The notes below the pieces were generated by a model, which did not search any database, was not told the origin of the DNA, and was given only the letters and a program-made list of their open reading frames with translations. Positions 7,795-16,452 of a stretch of 30,852 nucleotides of DNA are shown piece after piece. The translations under genes and the position numbers were made by a program. The stretch comes from a virus (Duplodnaviria > Caudoviricetes), in the IMG/VR virus record IMGVR_UViG_3300026484_000176, positions 1 to 30,852 of that record. One strand, 5' to 3'. The stretch's first letter is position 1, and every line of letters starts with the position of its first letter.

Positions 7795-9081
7795 ATGTCA
7801 GTAAAGTCAAATAATAAATATAAAACATTAGCAGAACATATAATAAAAACATATGAAGATGATGAATATTACAAAAATTCAATATTTAAAAATGAAGTTT
7901 TAGGTAAACATATAGTAGATAAATTTGGAAATATAGATGATAAAGCAATATCACAAATTCAAATAATGGTTTTGCCATTTGTTAGATTTATAACAACTGC
8001 AATATCACAATTATATTCAAAACCAGTTTTAAGAACAATAAATACAGATAATAATAAAATATTAGAATTATTTGAGGAAGTTTGTTCAGCTTATGACAAT
8101 ATTTCAGAAGATATAGACAAATATACATTTGCAGGTGGAATGTCAGCAGTAAAAGCACATTTTGATGATATAGATAAAGAATTAGAATTTGTGATATATA
8201 CAGCAAATATGTTAGATTATACTCCAAGAGCTGATGATTATACAAAAATGGAAGAATTATATCTAAGTTTTTATAATGATGAAGTACAACAAGAAGAGGT
8301 TTGGAGTAAAGAAGAATATAATTATAATGTAAATGGTTCAAATTCAAAAAGTGAAAAAAATATTTATGGATTTATTCCTTTTGAAATTTTTAGAAATAAA
8401 ATAATTCCAAATTCTTGGTTTTGTCCTCCTTCTTCTAATTTATTAGACATTCAAAATTATATTTCTAATCAAAATACACAATTAGGAAATAATTTTAAAT
8501 ATCAATCAATGGATATGATAGTTGTTAAAGGTGGAGGAAAGTTAGAAAATATGAATTTTGGTGCAAAAGCTGTAAATAAAGTAGAAACAGAAGATGATAT
8601 AAAATTTATTTCTCCATCTACAGATTTAAAAAAATTAGTTTCAGTAGTTGAAGACCAAATAAAAATTTTTTCAAGAATGAATGGAATACCTGATTCATTA
8701 ATTTCTGCTGCTTCTACAAGCTCAGGAATATCTTTAATAATATCACAAAAAGCTTTAGATGATTATTTAAAGAATAGAAGTATAAAATTTAGAAAGACAG
8801 AAGAAAAAATTCTTTTAAAAGGTCTTAAAGTATTAGGATATCATAAAGGAATAACTATACCAGAAGAATTAAAAATTTCTTTAAATTATACTTCTGCAAA
8901 TCAAATGACAAAATTAACAGAAGATGAACAAAAAATGTGGGATTTTTATATAGAAAAGAATATATTAACAGAAGTTGATTTAATGATGACAATGTTTCCA
9001 AATCTAACAGAAGAAGAAGCAATCCAAAAGATAGAAGAGAACAAACAAAACAAAACAAAACAAGAAATCATTACATCTTGA
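7795..9081 (+). CDS. Portal protein
   Basis: 428 aa, position after TerL; N.YG.IPF, SSG.SL and C-terminal TEEEA...IEE features typical of SPP1-like portals. Confidence 0.85.
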   Translation: MSVKSNNKYKTLAEHIIKTYEDDEYYKNSIFKNEVLGKHIVDKFGNIDDKAISQIQIMVLPFVRFITTAISQLYSKPVLRTINTDNNKILELFEEVCSAYDNISEDIDKYTFAGGMSAVKAHFDDIDKELEFVIYTANMLDYTPRADDYTKMEELYLSFYNDEVQQEEVWSKEEYNYNVNGSNSKSEKNIYGFIPFEIFRNKIIPNSWFCPPSSNLLDIQNYISNQNTQLGNNFKYQSMDMIVVKGGGKLENMNFGAKAVNKVETEDDIKFISPSTDLKKLVSVVEDQIKIFSRMNGIPDSLISAASTSSGISLIISQKALDDYLKNRSIKFRKTEEKILLKGLKVLGYHKGITIPEELKISLNYTSANQMTKLTEDEQKMWDFYIEKNILTEVDLMMTMFPNLTEEEAIQKIEENKQNKTKQEIITS

Positions 9082-9123
9082 AAAAATTTTCAAATTTCAT
9101 TACATACGGAAAAAATTTTTAAA

Positions 9124-9138
9124 TGATAATGATTATCA
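9124..9138. promoter_or_regulatory. Fur-box-like palindrome
   Basis: TGATAATGATTATCA after two tandem motif-A variants (9074-9123), just upstream of the RBS of ORF 9163. Confidence 0.7.
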
Positions 9139-9162
9139 AAAAGAAAAAAAAGGATTTTTAAA

Positions 9163-9975
9163 ATGACAACTGAAGAATTAGTAAAAAAATTAAGTCAAAC
9201 AACAGATAGAAAAGCAATATTAAGATTAATAAAAGAAGCAACTATAGATAATTCAATAAAAATTGATGATATTGCTTCTGGTGATATTGGTGATACATAT
9301 ATGTTAAAATCTGATTATGATACTGATAAGAATGGAACAGTAGATATAGCAGAATTAGCGTGGGAATCAAGTGAAGCTGCAAGAGTTAATGGACATACAG
9401 TAGAGAGTGATGTTCCTTCAAATGCAGTTTTTACAGATACAACATATACAGATTTAGAAATAAAAACAAAATATGAAAATAATCCTAATACAAATGCTTA
9501 TACAGATATAGAAAAAGCAAAATTAGATGGAATAGAAGAAAATGCAACAGCAGATTTAACAGCACCAGAGATTAAATCATTATATGAGAGTAATGCAAAT
9601 ACAAATGTTTTTTTAGATGCAGAAAAAGCAAAACTAGCAGGAATAGAACCATTAGCAACAGCAGACCAAACAGATGAAGAAATTAAAATTGCATACGAAA
9701 ATAATTTTCAAGTTTTAACAATAAACTCTGATACAATATTAACAGAAGAAAAAAGAAGTATTTTAGCTGATACAATAAATAATAATATAAATTTAACTTT
9801 ACCAAATTTAAAAGATAATTTAATAATAAATATAAAAAAAATTAATGAAAAAAATATTTTAAGAATTATAACTCCTGGTAATGAATTAATAGAAAATGAT
9901 ACAGAAATAATTTTAAATGTTAAAAATGAAAGCATAACACTTTTATGTGATAATAATAATTGGTTTATTATATAA
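9163..9975 (+). CDS. Fibre-like virion structural protein
   Basis: 37-aa tandem repeats with EKAKL.GIE..ATAD, a YDTDKNGTVD motif and a C-terminal ILADT...INLTLP beta domain, all seen in phage fibre proteins. Confidence 0.6.
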   Translation: MTTEELVKKLSQTTDRKAILRLIKEATIDNSIKIDDIASGDIGDTYMLKSDYDTDKNGTVDIAELAWESSEAARVNGHTVESDVPSNAVFTDTTYTDLEIKTKYENNPNTNAYTDIEKAKLDGIEENATADLTAPEIKSLYESNANTNVFLDAEKAKLAGIEPLATADQTDEEIKIAYENNFQVLTINSDTILTEEKRSILADTINNNINLTLPNLKDNLIINIKKINEKNILRIITPGNELIENDTEIILNVKNESITLLCDNNNWFII

Positions 9976-10024
9976 TAAAATTAAATAACAAGATATTAAG
10001 AAAAAATTTTTAAAAGGAAAAAAA

Positions 10025-11227
10025 ATGAGTTATAAACCATTTAATATGTATGATAAGAATGATACAGCATTTGATGCTTGGGGAAGACCAAAGATTTATC
10101 AAGATTTATCATTATTGCATGGAGTTTTTACATATAATGTTCCAAATTCTTTATGGATAATAAAAGAAAATGGAACTGAATTATTAGATAATGATACTTC
10201 AACAAAAGTTTATTCTTCTACTATAAACTTAGGAAGATTAATAGTAGAATCAGGAGAAAATGCAAATGATGAAGGAAGCTTATATTCAAGAAGAAGTCCA
10301 AGATATCAGCCAAATAGAGGACATTTATTTTCAACAGCAGTAGGTTTCCCAAATCCAACAGCAGATGGGATTAGAGATTTTGGATTATTTAATGAAGAAA
10401 ATGGAGTTTTTTATAGATTAAAAGCAGATGGATTATATGCAGTTATAAGAAGTGAAGGTTCTGATTATGAAGAAAAAATAACAATACCTTTTTCAATAGA
10501 TTTATCAAAAGGGAATATTTATGATATACAATTTCAATGGAGAGGAGTAGGAGATTATAATTTTTTTATTGGAAATCCAGAAAGTGGGAAAATAGAATTA
10601 GTTCATAAAATAACTTTTTTAAATACATTAACAGAAAAATTATCAATTTCTAACCCTGCTTTACCAGTTGGAATGAAAGCAACTAATATAACAGAAGCAG
10701 TAAGTTTTTGGCTTGGTTGTTTTGATGTTTCAAGTGAAGGTGGAAGTAAAGTATTTTTTAAATATTCGCAAGTAGGAAATGATAATATAAATGGAACAAA
10801 AATATCAAATGATAAATTATATCCAGTAGTTGCTTTAAAGGTAAATAGAACATTTAATGGAAGAATAAATACAAGAGATGCAATATTAAGAAGAATAATA
10901 TTAAGTGCAAAAGATGAAAATAGATATGAAGTACAAGTAACAAGAGATGAATCAGCTTTTTCTGGAACAACTTGGACAAATAAAGGAAGTTTTGATAATA
11001 TGCAATATTCACAAGGTACAGATATATCATATACAGAAACACAATATTGTCATACAATATTAAATGGAAGAAGTGAAATAGATATAAAAAATGAAATAGC
11101 AACTCCTGTTTTTGATGGAAGTTCTGATTTTACATTAACTGCTGGTGATTATATAGTAGTTTTAATGAAAACAGATGGAACAGATAAAAGAGCTTGGGCA
11201 TCTATTGAATATACAGAAGAAGTATAA
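10025..11227 (+). CDS. Putative beta-rich virion structural protein
   Basis: 400 aa; DAWGR N-terminal motif, RYQP.RG, QWRGVG; beta/lectin-like composition; function inferred. Confidence 0.55.
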   Translation: MSYKPFNMYDKNDTAFDAWGRPKIYQDLSLLHGVFTYNVPNSLWIIKENGTELLDNDTSTKVYSSTINLGRLIVESGENANDEGSLYSRRSPRYQPNRGHLFSTAVGFPNPTADGIRDFGLFNEENGVFYRLKADGLYAVIRSEGSDYEEKITIPFSIDLSKGNIYDIQFQWRGVGDYNFFIGNPESGKIELVHKITFLNTLTEKLSISNPALPVGMKATNITEAVSFWLGCFDVSSEGGSKVFFKYSQVGNDNINGTKISNDKLYPVVALKVNRTFNGRINTRDAILRRIILSAKDENRYEVQVTRDESAFSGTTWTNKGSFDNMQYSQGTDISYTETQYCHTILNGRSEIDIKNEIATPVFDGSSDFTLTAGDYIVVLMKTDGTDKRAWASIEYTEEV

Positions 11228-11649
11228 TGAAATTATTTTTAAATTATACACCAGTTCCTGCTTCAAGACCAAGAGTAACGAAGTGGGGGACATTTTATAG
11301 TAAAAAATATAATGATTATAAAAATAAAATAAAACATGACATTCAGAAAAAATTTTTAAATGATAATGATTATCAAAAAGCAGAAAAAACAACTGCATTA
11401 AATATAAAAATAATTTTTAAATTTCCTTTTCCAAAATCATATAGTAAAAAAAAGAGATTAGAAATAAAAGAAAATAATTATTTGCATTTAATAAAACCAG
11501 ATTTAGATAATTTAGAAAAAGCTATTTTAGATGGAATGAATGAAATTGTATATAATGATGATAGTCAAATATGTGAATTATCAAGTTCTAAAAGATATAC
11601 AGAAGAGGAAAACGGAAGTACAGAAATAATTATAGAAGTTATAAAATAA
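11227..11649 (+). CDS. rusA: RusA-family Holliday junction resolvase
   Basis: PVPASRPR N-terminus; KPDLDNLEKAILDGM...YNDDSQI catalytic motif. Confidence 0.92.
   Translation: MKLFLNYTPVPASRPRVTKWGTFYSKKYNDYKNKIKHDIQKKFLNDNDYQKAEKTTALNIKIIFKFPFPKSYSKKKRLEIKENNYLHLIKPDLDNLEKAILDGMNEIVYNDDSQICELSSSKRYTEEENGSTEIIIEVIK
11361..11375. promoter_or_regulatory. Fur-box-like palindrome inside rusA
   Basis: Motif A (11344-11360) + TGATAATGATTATCA, read as DIQKKFLNDNDYQK. Confidence 0.65.
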
Positions 11650-11703
11650 TTTTTTTTATGATATACTATAAAAGAACAAAAAACAAAAAAAAAGGAATTA
11701 AAA

Positions 11704-12342
11704 ATGCTTACAGAAGAAGAAAAAATAAAACAACAACTGGAAGAATTAAACAAAAAGAAAGAAGAGGAAAACAATGATAACAATACTAATAATAATGAAG
11801 AAGATAAGAAAGAAAATGAAGAAAATGATGCAGAGAAAAAATTTTCAAATGATAATGATTCTCAAAAAGAAAATAAAGAAGAAGTAGAAGATAAAAAAAA
11901 AGAACAGGAAAAATCTATATCGAAAGAGCAAGAAATACTAAACAAAAGAATAGAAGAACTTGAGAAAAAATTAGAAGAAGAAAGACAAAAGAAAGAAGAA
12001 ACAGAAAAAACATTATTAGAAAAACAAAATGAGATTTTAGAGAAGTTAAAAGATAAAGAAAGAAAGATAGAAGAAAAGATATTAGAAAGTTCAGGTGCAG
12101 AAGATAAAGAATATGTTAAATATTTAGCAGAAAAACTAGTAAATGAAGGCAAAACATTTGAAGAAGCTATAAATGTATTAAATGAAGAAAAACCTAATTT
12201 ATTTGTGCAAAATAGAAAAAGCATAGGGACAAAACCAAATGGAAACAGTTCAGGAAAATTAACATATGCAGAATGGGAAGCATTACCAAAGAATGAAAGA
12301 ATAAAACAAATGAATGCAGGAAATGTTGATTTAAACTCATAA
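11704..12342 (+). CDS. Capsid scaffolding protein
   Basis: Highly charged coiled coil directly before the capsid gene; EKPNLF motif; extended -10 TGATATACT at 11659-11667. Confidence 0.8.
   Translation: MLTEEEKIKQQLEELNKKKEEENNDNNTNNNEEDKKENEENDAEKKFSNDNDSQKENKEEVEDKKKEQEKSISKEQEILNKRIEELEKKLEEERQKKEETEKTLLEKQNEILEKLKDKERKIEEKILESSGAEDKEYVKYLAEKLVNEGKTFEEAINVLNEEKPNLFVQNRKSIGTKPNGNSSGKLTYAEWEALPKNERIKQMNAGNVDLNS
11850..11864. promoter_or_regulatory. Fur-box variant inside scaffold gene
   Basis: Motif A + TGATAATGATTCTCA (one mismatch). Confidence 0.6.
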
Positions 12343-12440
12343 AAAAAAATTATAATATAATTATATAAGTTATTTTTTAACAATATAATTATATTTTTAT
12401 AATATAATATAAAAAATTAAAACAAAACAAAGGAAATAAA

Positions 12441-13256
12441 ATGGCATTCAAAAAAACTTTTTGGTCAGATAAACTTGAAGAAAAATTATATGCAAATCAA
12501 CCTCTTATAGATGTTGTTAGAGCAGATTTTGAAGGTGAAGCAAAATTTGGTAATATGGTTAAGGTATATACTTATGAGTCAGCTGTAACAGTTCAAGACT
12601 ATGATGGAGTTACACCAGTACCAGCACAAAAACTTGCACCGTCTGAAGTTACTTTACTAATAGACCAAGCAAAAACTTTTAGAATAAGAACAGATAGAGT
12701 TGATGAACTACAAGGTGATCCTATGGCAATTGACAAATTTGCTAAAACAGCAATGTTTGAAGTTGGTCAATTAATAGAATCTAAAATATATGCACATAAA
12801 GCAGATTTAACAAATAACTTAGATTTATCAGGTCAAGGACCAATGGACGCAACAAATGCAGTTTCTATAATTGAAAAACTTGAGGTTTTACTTGATGATG
12901 AAAATGTTGATACAGACAGATTTTTATATGTACCAAATGCTATAAAATCTATTTTAAGACAAGCAAATTATTTAAATGTAACACCAGTAACTAATTCTGA
13001 AACAGGTGGAACAAGAGAAGTTGCAAGATGGGGAAATTTTGAAGTTATTTCTTCTAGTAATTTAGTTGCTAATGGTGGAGTTTATGAAATCTTATTTGGT
13101 TCAAAAGATGCTATAAGATTTGTTGGAGCATTAGAAGAATTAGAATATGGAAAAGTTGAAGGATTATTTGGTAAAGCAATTTTTGGTCTTTATGTATATG
13201 GTTCAGCAGTTTTCAATTCTAAAAAAGGTGGAACATTAACAATAGATGCTGCATAG
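12441..13256 (+). CDS. Major capsid protein
   Basis: FWSDKL, FEGE..FGNMVKV, LLIDQAK, VP..DRFLYV-like and GLYVYG motifs of P22-coat-like HK97-fold capsids; follows scaffold. Confidence 0.88.
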   Translation: MAFKKTFWSDKLEEKLYANQPLIDVVRADFEGEAKFGNMVKVYTYESAVTVQDYDGVTPVPAQKLAPSEVTLLIDQAKTFRIRTDRVDELQGDPMAIDKFAKTAMFEVGQLIESKIYAHKADLTNNLDLSGQGPMDATNAVSIIEKLEVLLDDENVDTDRFLYVPNAIKSILRQANYLNVTPVTNSETGGTREVARWGNFEVISSSNLVANGGVYEILFGSKDAIRFVGALEELEYGKVEGLFGKAIFGLYVYGSAVFNSKKGGTLTIDAA

Positions 13257-13327
13257 TGTTTATTGTTAATTAAATATTAAAAAATTTCTCTTTTATGATA
13301 TAATATAAAAAACATAAAAGGGAAATT

Positions 13328-13555
13328 ATGAAAAAAACAAAAATAATAAATACAAAAACAAATTTAGTCTTCTATATATTAGATTTATTTGTTCCTACAC
13401 AATTAGAAAAAAATCCACATTATAAAATCTACAAAGAAAAAAAATCCACAAAGAAAAAAAATAATAATAAAATTAAAGAAGAACAAGATATTCAGAAAAA
13501 ATTTTCAAATGATAATGATTATCAAAAAGAAAAAAAACAAACAAAGGATAAATAA
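13328..13555 (+). CDS. Small basic hypothetical protein
   Basis: 75 aa; extended -10 TGATATAAT at 13296-13304; TAATG-coupled to next gene. Confidence 0.65.
   Translation: MKKTKIINTKTNLVFYILDLFVPTQLEKNPHYKIYKEKKSTKKKNNNKIKEEQDIQKKFSNDNDYQKEKKQTKDK
13510..13524. promoter_or_regulatory. Fur-box-like palindrome inside ORF 13328
   Basis: Motif A (13493-13509) + TGATAATGATTATCA, read as DIQKKFSNDNDYQK. Confidence 0.65.
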
Positions 13556-13935
13556 TGTTAATATTAACAGGACAAGACATAATTGAATATATGCCAGTTA
13601 TATCAGAATATGCAGGATATGAAAGAGATAATACAGTATTTGATGAATATATATTATCAGTAGCACAAATTTTATTAAATGAATTACAAATGGCAGGAAT
13701 AGATGGAACAACTGAAGAGGTACAAAACAGTCCTTTGTTTAAAGAGCTTACATTAAAAACAATAGTATGTAAATATTATAATGAAACAAGTTATAATATA
13801 GAAGAAGACGAAAGATTTATAACAAGTTTATGTGAAGATTCAAAAGATTTTTTAAAAAAATTTATAAAATCAATGTTAGATAATGGAACACCAGATAAAT
13901 TTAATGGTTCAATAACTACTTCATATTCAGGTTAA
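13555..13935 (+). CDS. Putative head-tail adaptor
   Basis: Size, helical character and position after the capsid gene. Confidence 0.5.
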   Translation: MLILTGQDIIEYMPVISEYAGYERDNTVFDEYILSVAQILLNELQMAGIDGTTEEVQNSPLFKELTLKTIVCKYYNETSYNIEEDERFITSLCEDSKDFLKKFIKSMLDNGTPDKFNGSITTSYSG

Positions 13936-13939
13936 TAAT

Positions 13940-14299
13940 ATGAAAAAATCTAGAATATTAAGAAAATTAGATAAAAGACTAGATAATAAAAAAATTTCAA
14001 ATATTATGGCTAAATATATAGCAATACAAGCTAAAAAAAATATTAAGTCTGGAAAAGATGCTAATTATAAAAAATTTAAGAAAAGAAAGACAAAAAGAAA
14101 AAATAAGATTTTGTATGATACAGGAGATTTATATAAATCTATTAAATATAAAAAAAATAATATTTCTTTATTATTATATGGAATTTTTAATCAATATGGA
14201 ACAAGTAGAGGAATAGATTCAAGAAAATTTATTCCAATGAATAAGACAAAGCAATTTGAAGTTATAAAAAAAAGAATACTTAAAGGATTATTAAAATGA
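13940..14299 (+). CDS. Virion morphogenesis / tail completion protein (Mu gpG, P2 gpS-like)
   Basis: ILYDTGDLYKSI and NQYGT...I..RKFI motifs. Confidence 0.75.
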   Translation: MKKSRILRKLDKRLDNKKISNIMAKYIAIQAKKNIKSGKDANYKKFKKRKTKRKNKILYDTGDLYKSIKYKKNNISLLLYGIFNQYGTSRGIDSRKFIPMNKTKQFEVIKKRILKGLLK

Positions 14300-14682
14300 T
14301 AACACAATATTTAAAAGATTTATTACAAGATTTTAAAGATAAAAATCCAGAATTTAATAAGATAAAGACTTCAGTTGGTTTAACACAAACATTAGAAAAT
14401 AGAAAGAATTTTGCTGATTTACCATTAATATTAATAGAAAATATAAATTTTTCTAGTGATGATTTATTAACAGGAACATTATCTTTTGATATAATGTATT
14501 TTGATATAGACAAAAAATATAATGGATATGAAAAGTTAGAACAAGACTTTTTGGAAAAATTTATAAATTATATCAAAAATTATGTTTGTGAAATAAATAT
14601 AACTAATATAGAGTTTGAAATATCTGATACAGACAATGAATTTGGTGTCATTGTTAGTTGTGATACAGTATATACAATTTAA
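14296..14682 (+). CDS. Putative tail terminator
   Basis: Position before tail tube, acidic, LPLILI motif; ATGA-type overlap. Confidence 0.5.
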   Translation: MITQYLKDLLQDFKDKNPEFNKIKTSVGLTQTLENRKNFADLPLILIENINFSSDDLLTGTLSFDIMYFDIDKKYNGYEKLEQDFLEKFINYIKNYVCEINITNIEFEISDTDNEFGVIVSCDTVYTI

Positions 14683-14738
14683 AAATTTTTTTATAATATC
14701 ATTATAAGAAATAATTAAACAAAACAAAAGGAAATAAA

Positions 14739-15686
14739 ATGGCAATAGGTAAGTCAAAAAAACAACTTTTATCAATTCAAAGAAGTTATGATAATGCAAA
14801 TTATGATTCAATACCAGTTACAAATGTTATAGATATAAATCCAGAAGCAGTTGGTGAAGATATAAATTTAATTACTTCAAAAATGGGAAGTAAAAGAAAT
14901 TATAATGATAAATGTCATACAACTGTTAATTTTAATATTGAAACATATTTAACAAGTAAATTAATTACTTATGATAATGGTGGAACAGATGAATATTATT
15001 CTATATTAGATACATTATTAAAACAATCTGGTATGAAATCAGCACAATTAGGTATAGGTATAGGAGTTGAATATACACCAGACTCAAATGCAAATGATAA
15101 TTCAATAATGAATTTTTATAAAGAAGATGTTAAAAGAACAATAACAGGTGCAAAAAACTCTTTAACAATATCTGGTGAAGTAGGAAAACCATTAGCAATA
15201 ACTTTTAATAATTCAGCATATACTGATTTAGTTCCAACAATATCAGCACCAACTGAACCTGATGCTGTTTTAGATAGTGGAGAATTATTTATTCTATGTA
15301 AAATACAAGGATATACAGAAGCTGGAAATATTGTTAATTTACAATCTTTTACATTAAATCAAAATACAGAATTACAAGATACATATGCAATAGGTTTAGG
15401 ACAATTTGATATGACAGATTATGATTATCAATTAGAAGTTACAGCATTAAAGTTAAAAAATGATATTTCAAATTGGCAAGATTTTGAAGCAGGAACACTT
15501 AAAGAAATAGTTATAGGTGCTACAAATTCTGATGAAACACATGAAATAACAATTGTTATAAGTCAAGCAAAATTATTAACAAATACTGATGGAGACGATG
15601 CTGGAAGACAAACAGTAGTAAGAAATTTTAGATGTCAAAATGATTTAGGTGATGACAATATAAAAATAATAATTGCAGAAGCATAA
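14739..15686 (+). CDS. Major tail (tube) protein
   Basis: 315 aa beta-rich; TGAK.SLTISGEVG motif; position before chaperone and TMP. Confidence 0.8.
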   Translation: MAIGKSKKQLLSIQRSYDNANYDSIPVTNVIDINPEAVGEDINLITSKMGSKRNYNDKCHTTVNFNIETYLTSKLITYDNGGTDEYYSILDTLLKQSGMKSAQLGIGIGVEYTPDSNANDNSIMNFYKEDVKRTITGAKNSLTISGEVGKPLAITFNNSAYTDLVPTISAPTEPDAVLDSGELFILCKIQGYTEAGNIVNLQSFTLNQNTELQDTYAIGLGQFDMTDYDYQLEVTALKLKNDISNWQDFEAGTLKEIVIGATNSDETHEITIVISQAKLLTNTDGDDAGRQTVVRNFRCQNDLGDDNIKIIIAEA

Positions 15687-15748
15687 AATAATAATTTTGT
15701 GATATACTATATAAAAATAATTTTTAAATTAAAAAAGGATATCACAAA

Positions 15749-16021
15749 ATGAAAAAATTAAGTTTTAAAACAAAAGAAACTAAAAGAAAGACTACAATAT
15801 TATTAGAAATTGATAATGAAGAAATAGAAGTAATTTTTACAACTCCTACTGCTTCAAATGTCGGACAAGATAAATTAATAATTGATATGTTTAAATCAAT
15901 GTTAAGATTAAATAAAGATAAAGAAAAAATTTTTAATTTATTAATTGATAATTTAGATATAGAACAAATAACAGAGATTATAGGTTCTGTTAATGAAGAA
16001 CTTTATCTAAAAAAAAAATAA
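15749..16021 (+). CDS. Tail assembly chaperone (gpG-like, short form)
   Basis: Between tube and TMP; ends on an A10 slippery run. Confidence 0.8.
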   Translation: MKKLSFKTKETKRKTTILLEIDNEEIEVIFTTPTASNVGQDKLIIDMFKSMLRLNKDKEKIFNLLIDNLDIEQITEIIGSVNEELYLKKK

Positions 16022-16359
16022 AAAGACTTTTTAAGTGGACTGAGCAGAATTCAAAAGATGACGGTTCACTTAATAAATACATAATAGAAAATAAAGAAGA
16101 ATATTTAAAATTAGATATAGAAGATGAAAATTATATAGAATTTTTAGAAGATGATTATGAATTAAAAGAATTATCAGAAATATTTTTATTAATTCCTTGG
16201 GATTATTCAGATGGGATTATTTTAAATAAGAACTTTATTGCTACAAAAACACTACTAAAACTCCATGGTTATGACTTAAAGACTACTTTACCACTATTTC
16301 TACAATTATCTAATATTTGGGCTAATAATAAAAGAGAAGAAATTAAAAATAAAATTTAA
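16009..16359 (+). CDS. Tail assembly chaperone -1 frameshift extension (gpGT-like)
   Basis: The -1 frame is open from the A10 run (16009-16018) to TAA at 16357-16359 (IKRLFKWTEQNSKDDG...REEIKNKI) with no ATG of its own. Confidence 0.8.
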   Translation, partial: KKKIKRLFKWTEQNSKDDGSLNKYIIENKEEYLKLDIEDENYIEFLEDDYELKELSEIFLLIPWDYSDGIILNKNFIATKTLLKLHGYDLKTTLPLFLQLSNIWANNKREEIKNKI

Positions 16360-16416
16360 TGTGTAATATAATTAAAATAATAAATAAAATCATTATATAG
16401 AGAAAAAATTTTTAAA

Positions 16417-16431
16417 TGATAATGATTATCA
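16417..16431. promoter_or_regulatory. Fur-box-like palindrome upstream of TMP
   Basis: AGAAAAAATTTTTAAA + TGATAATGATTATCA about 10 bp before the AAGGA RBS. Confidence 0.7.
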
Positions 16432-16452
16432 AAAAGAAAAAAGGAAAATTTT

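Noticed and set aside
15416-15430. Additional Fur-like boxes with two mismatches (also 23813-23827)
   Set aside because: They lack the adjacent motif A and are plausible by chance in Asp-Tyr-Gln codons of an AT-rich genome.
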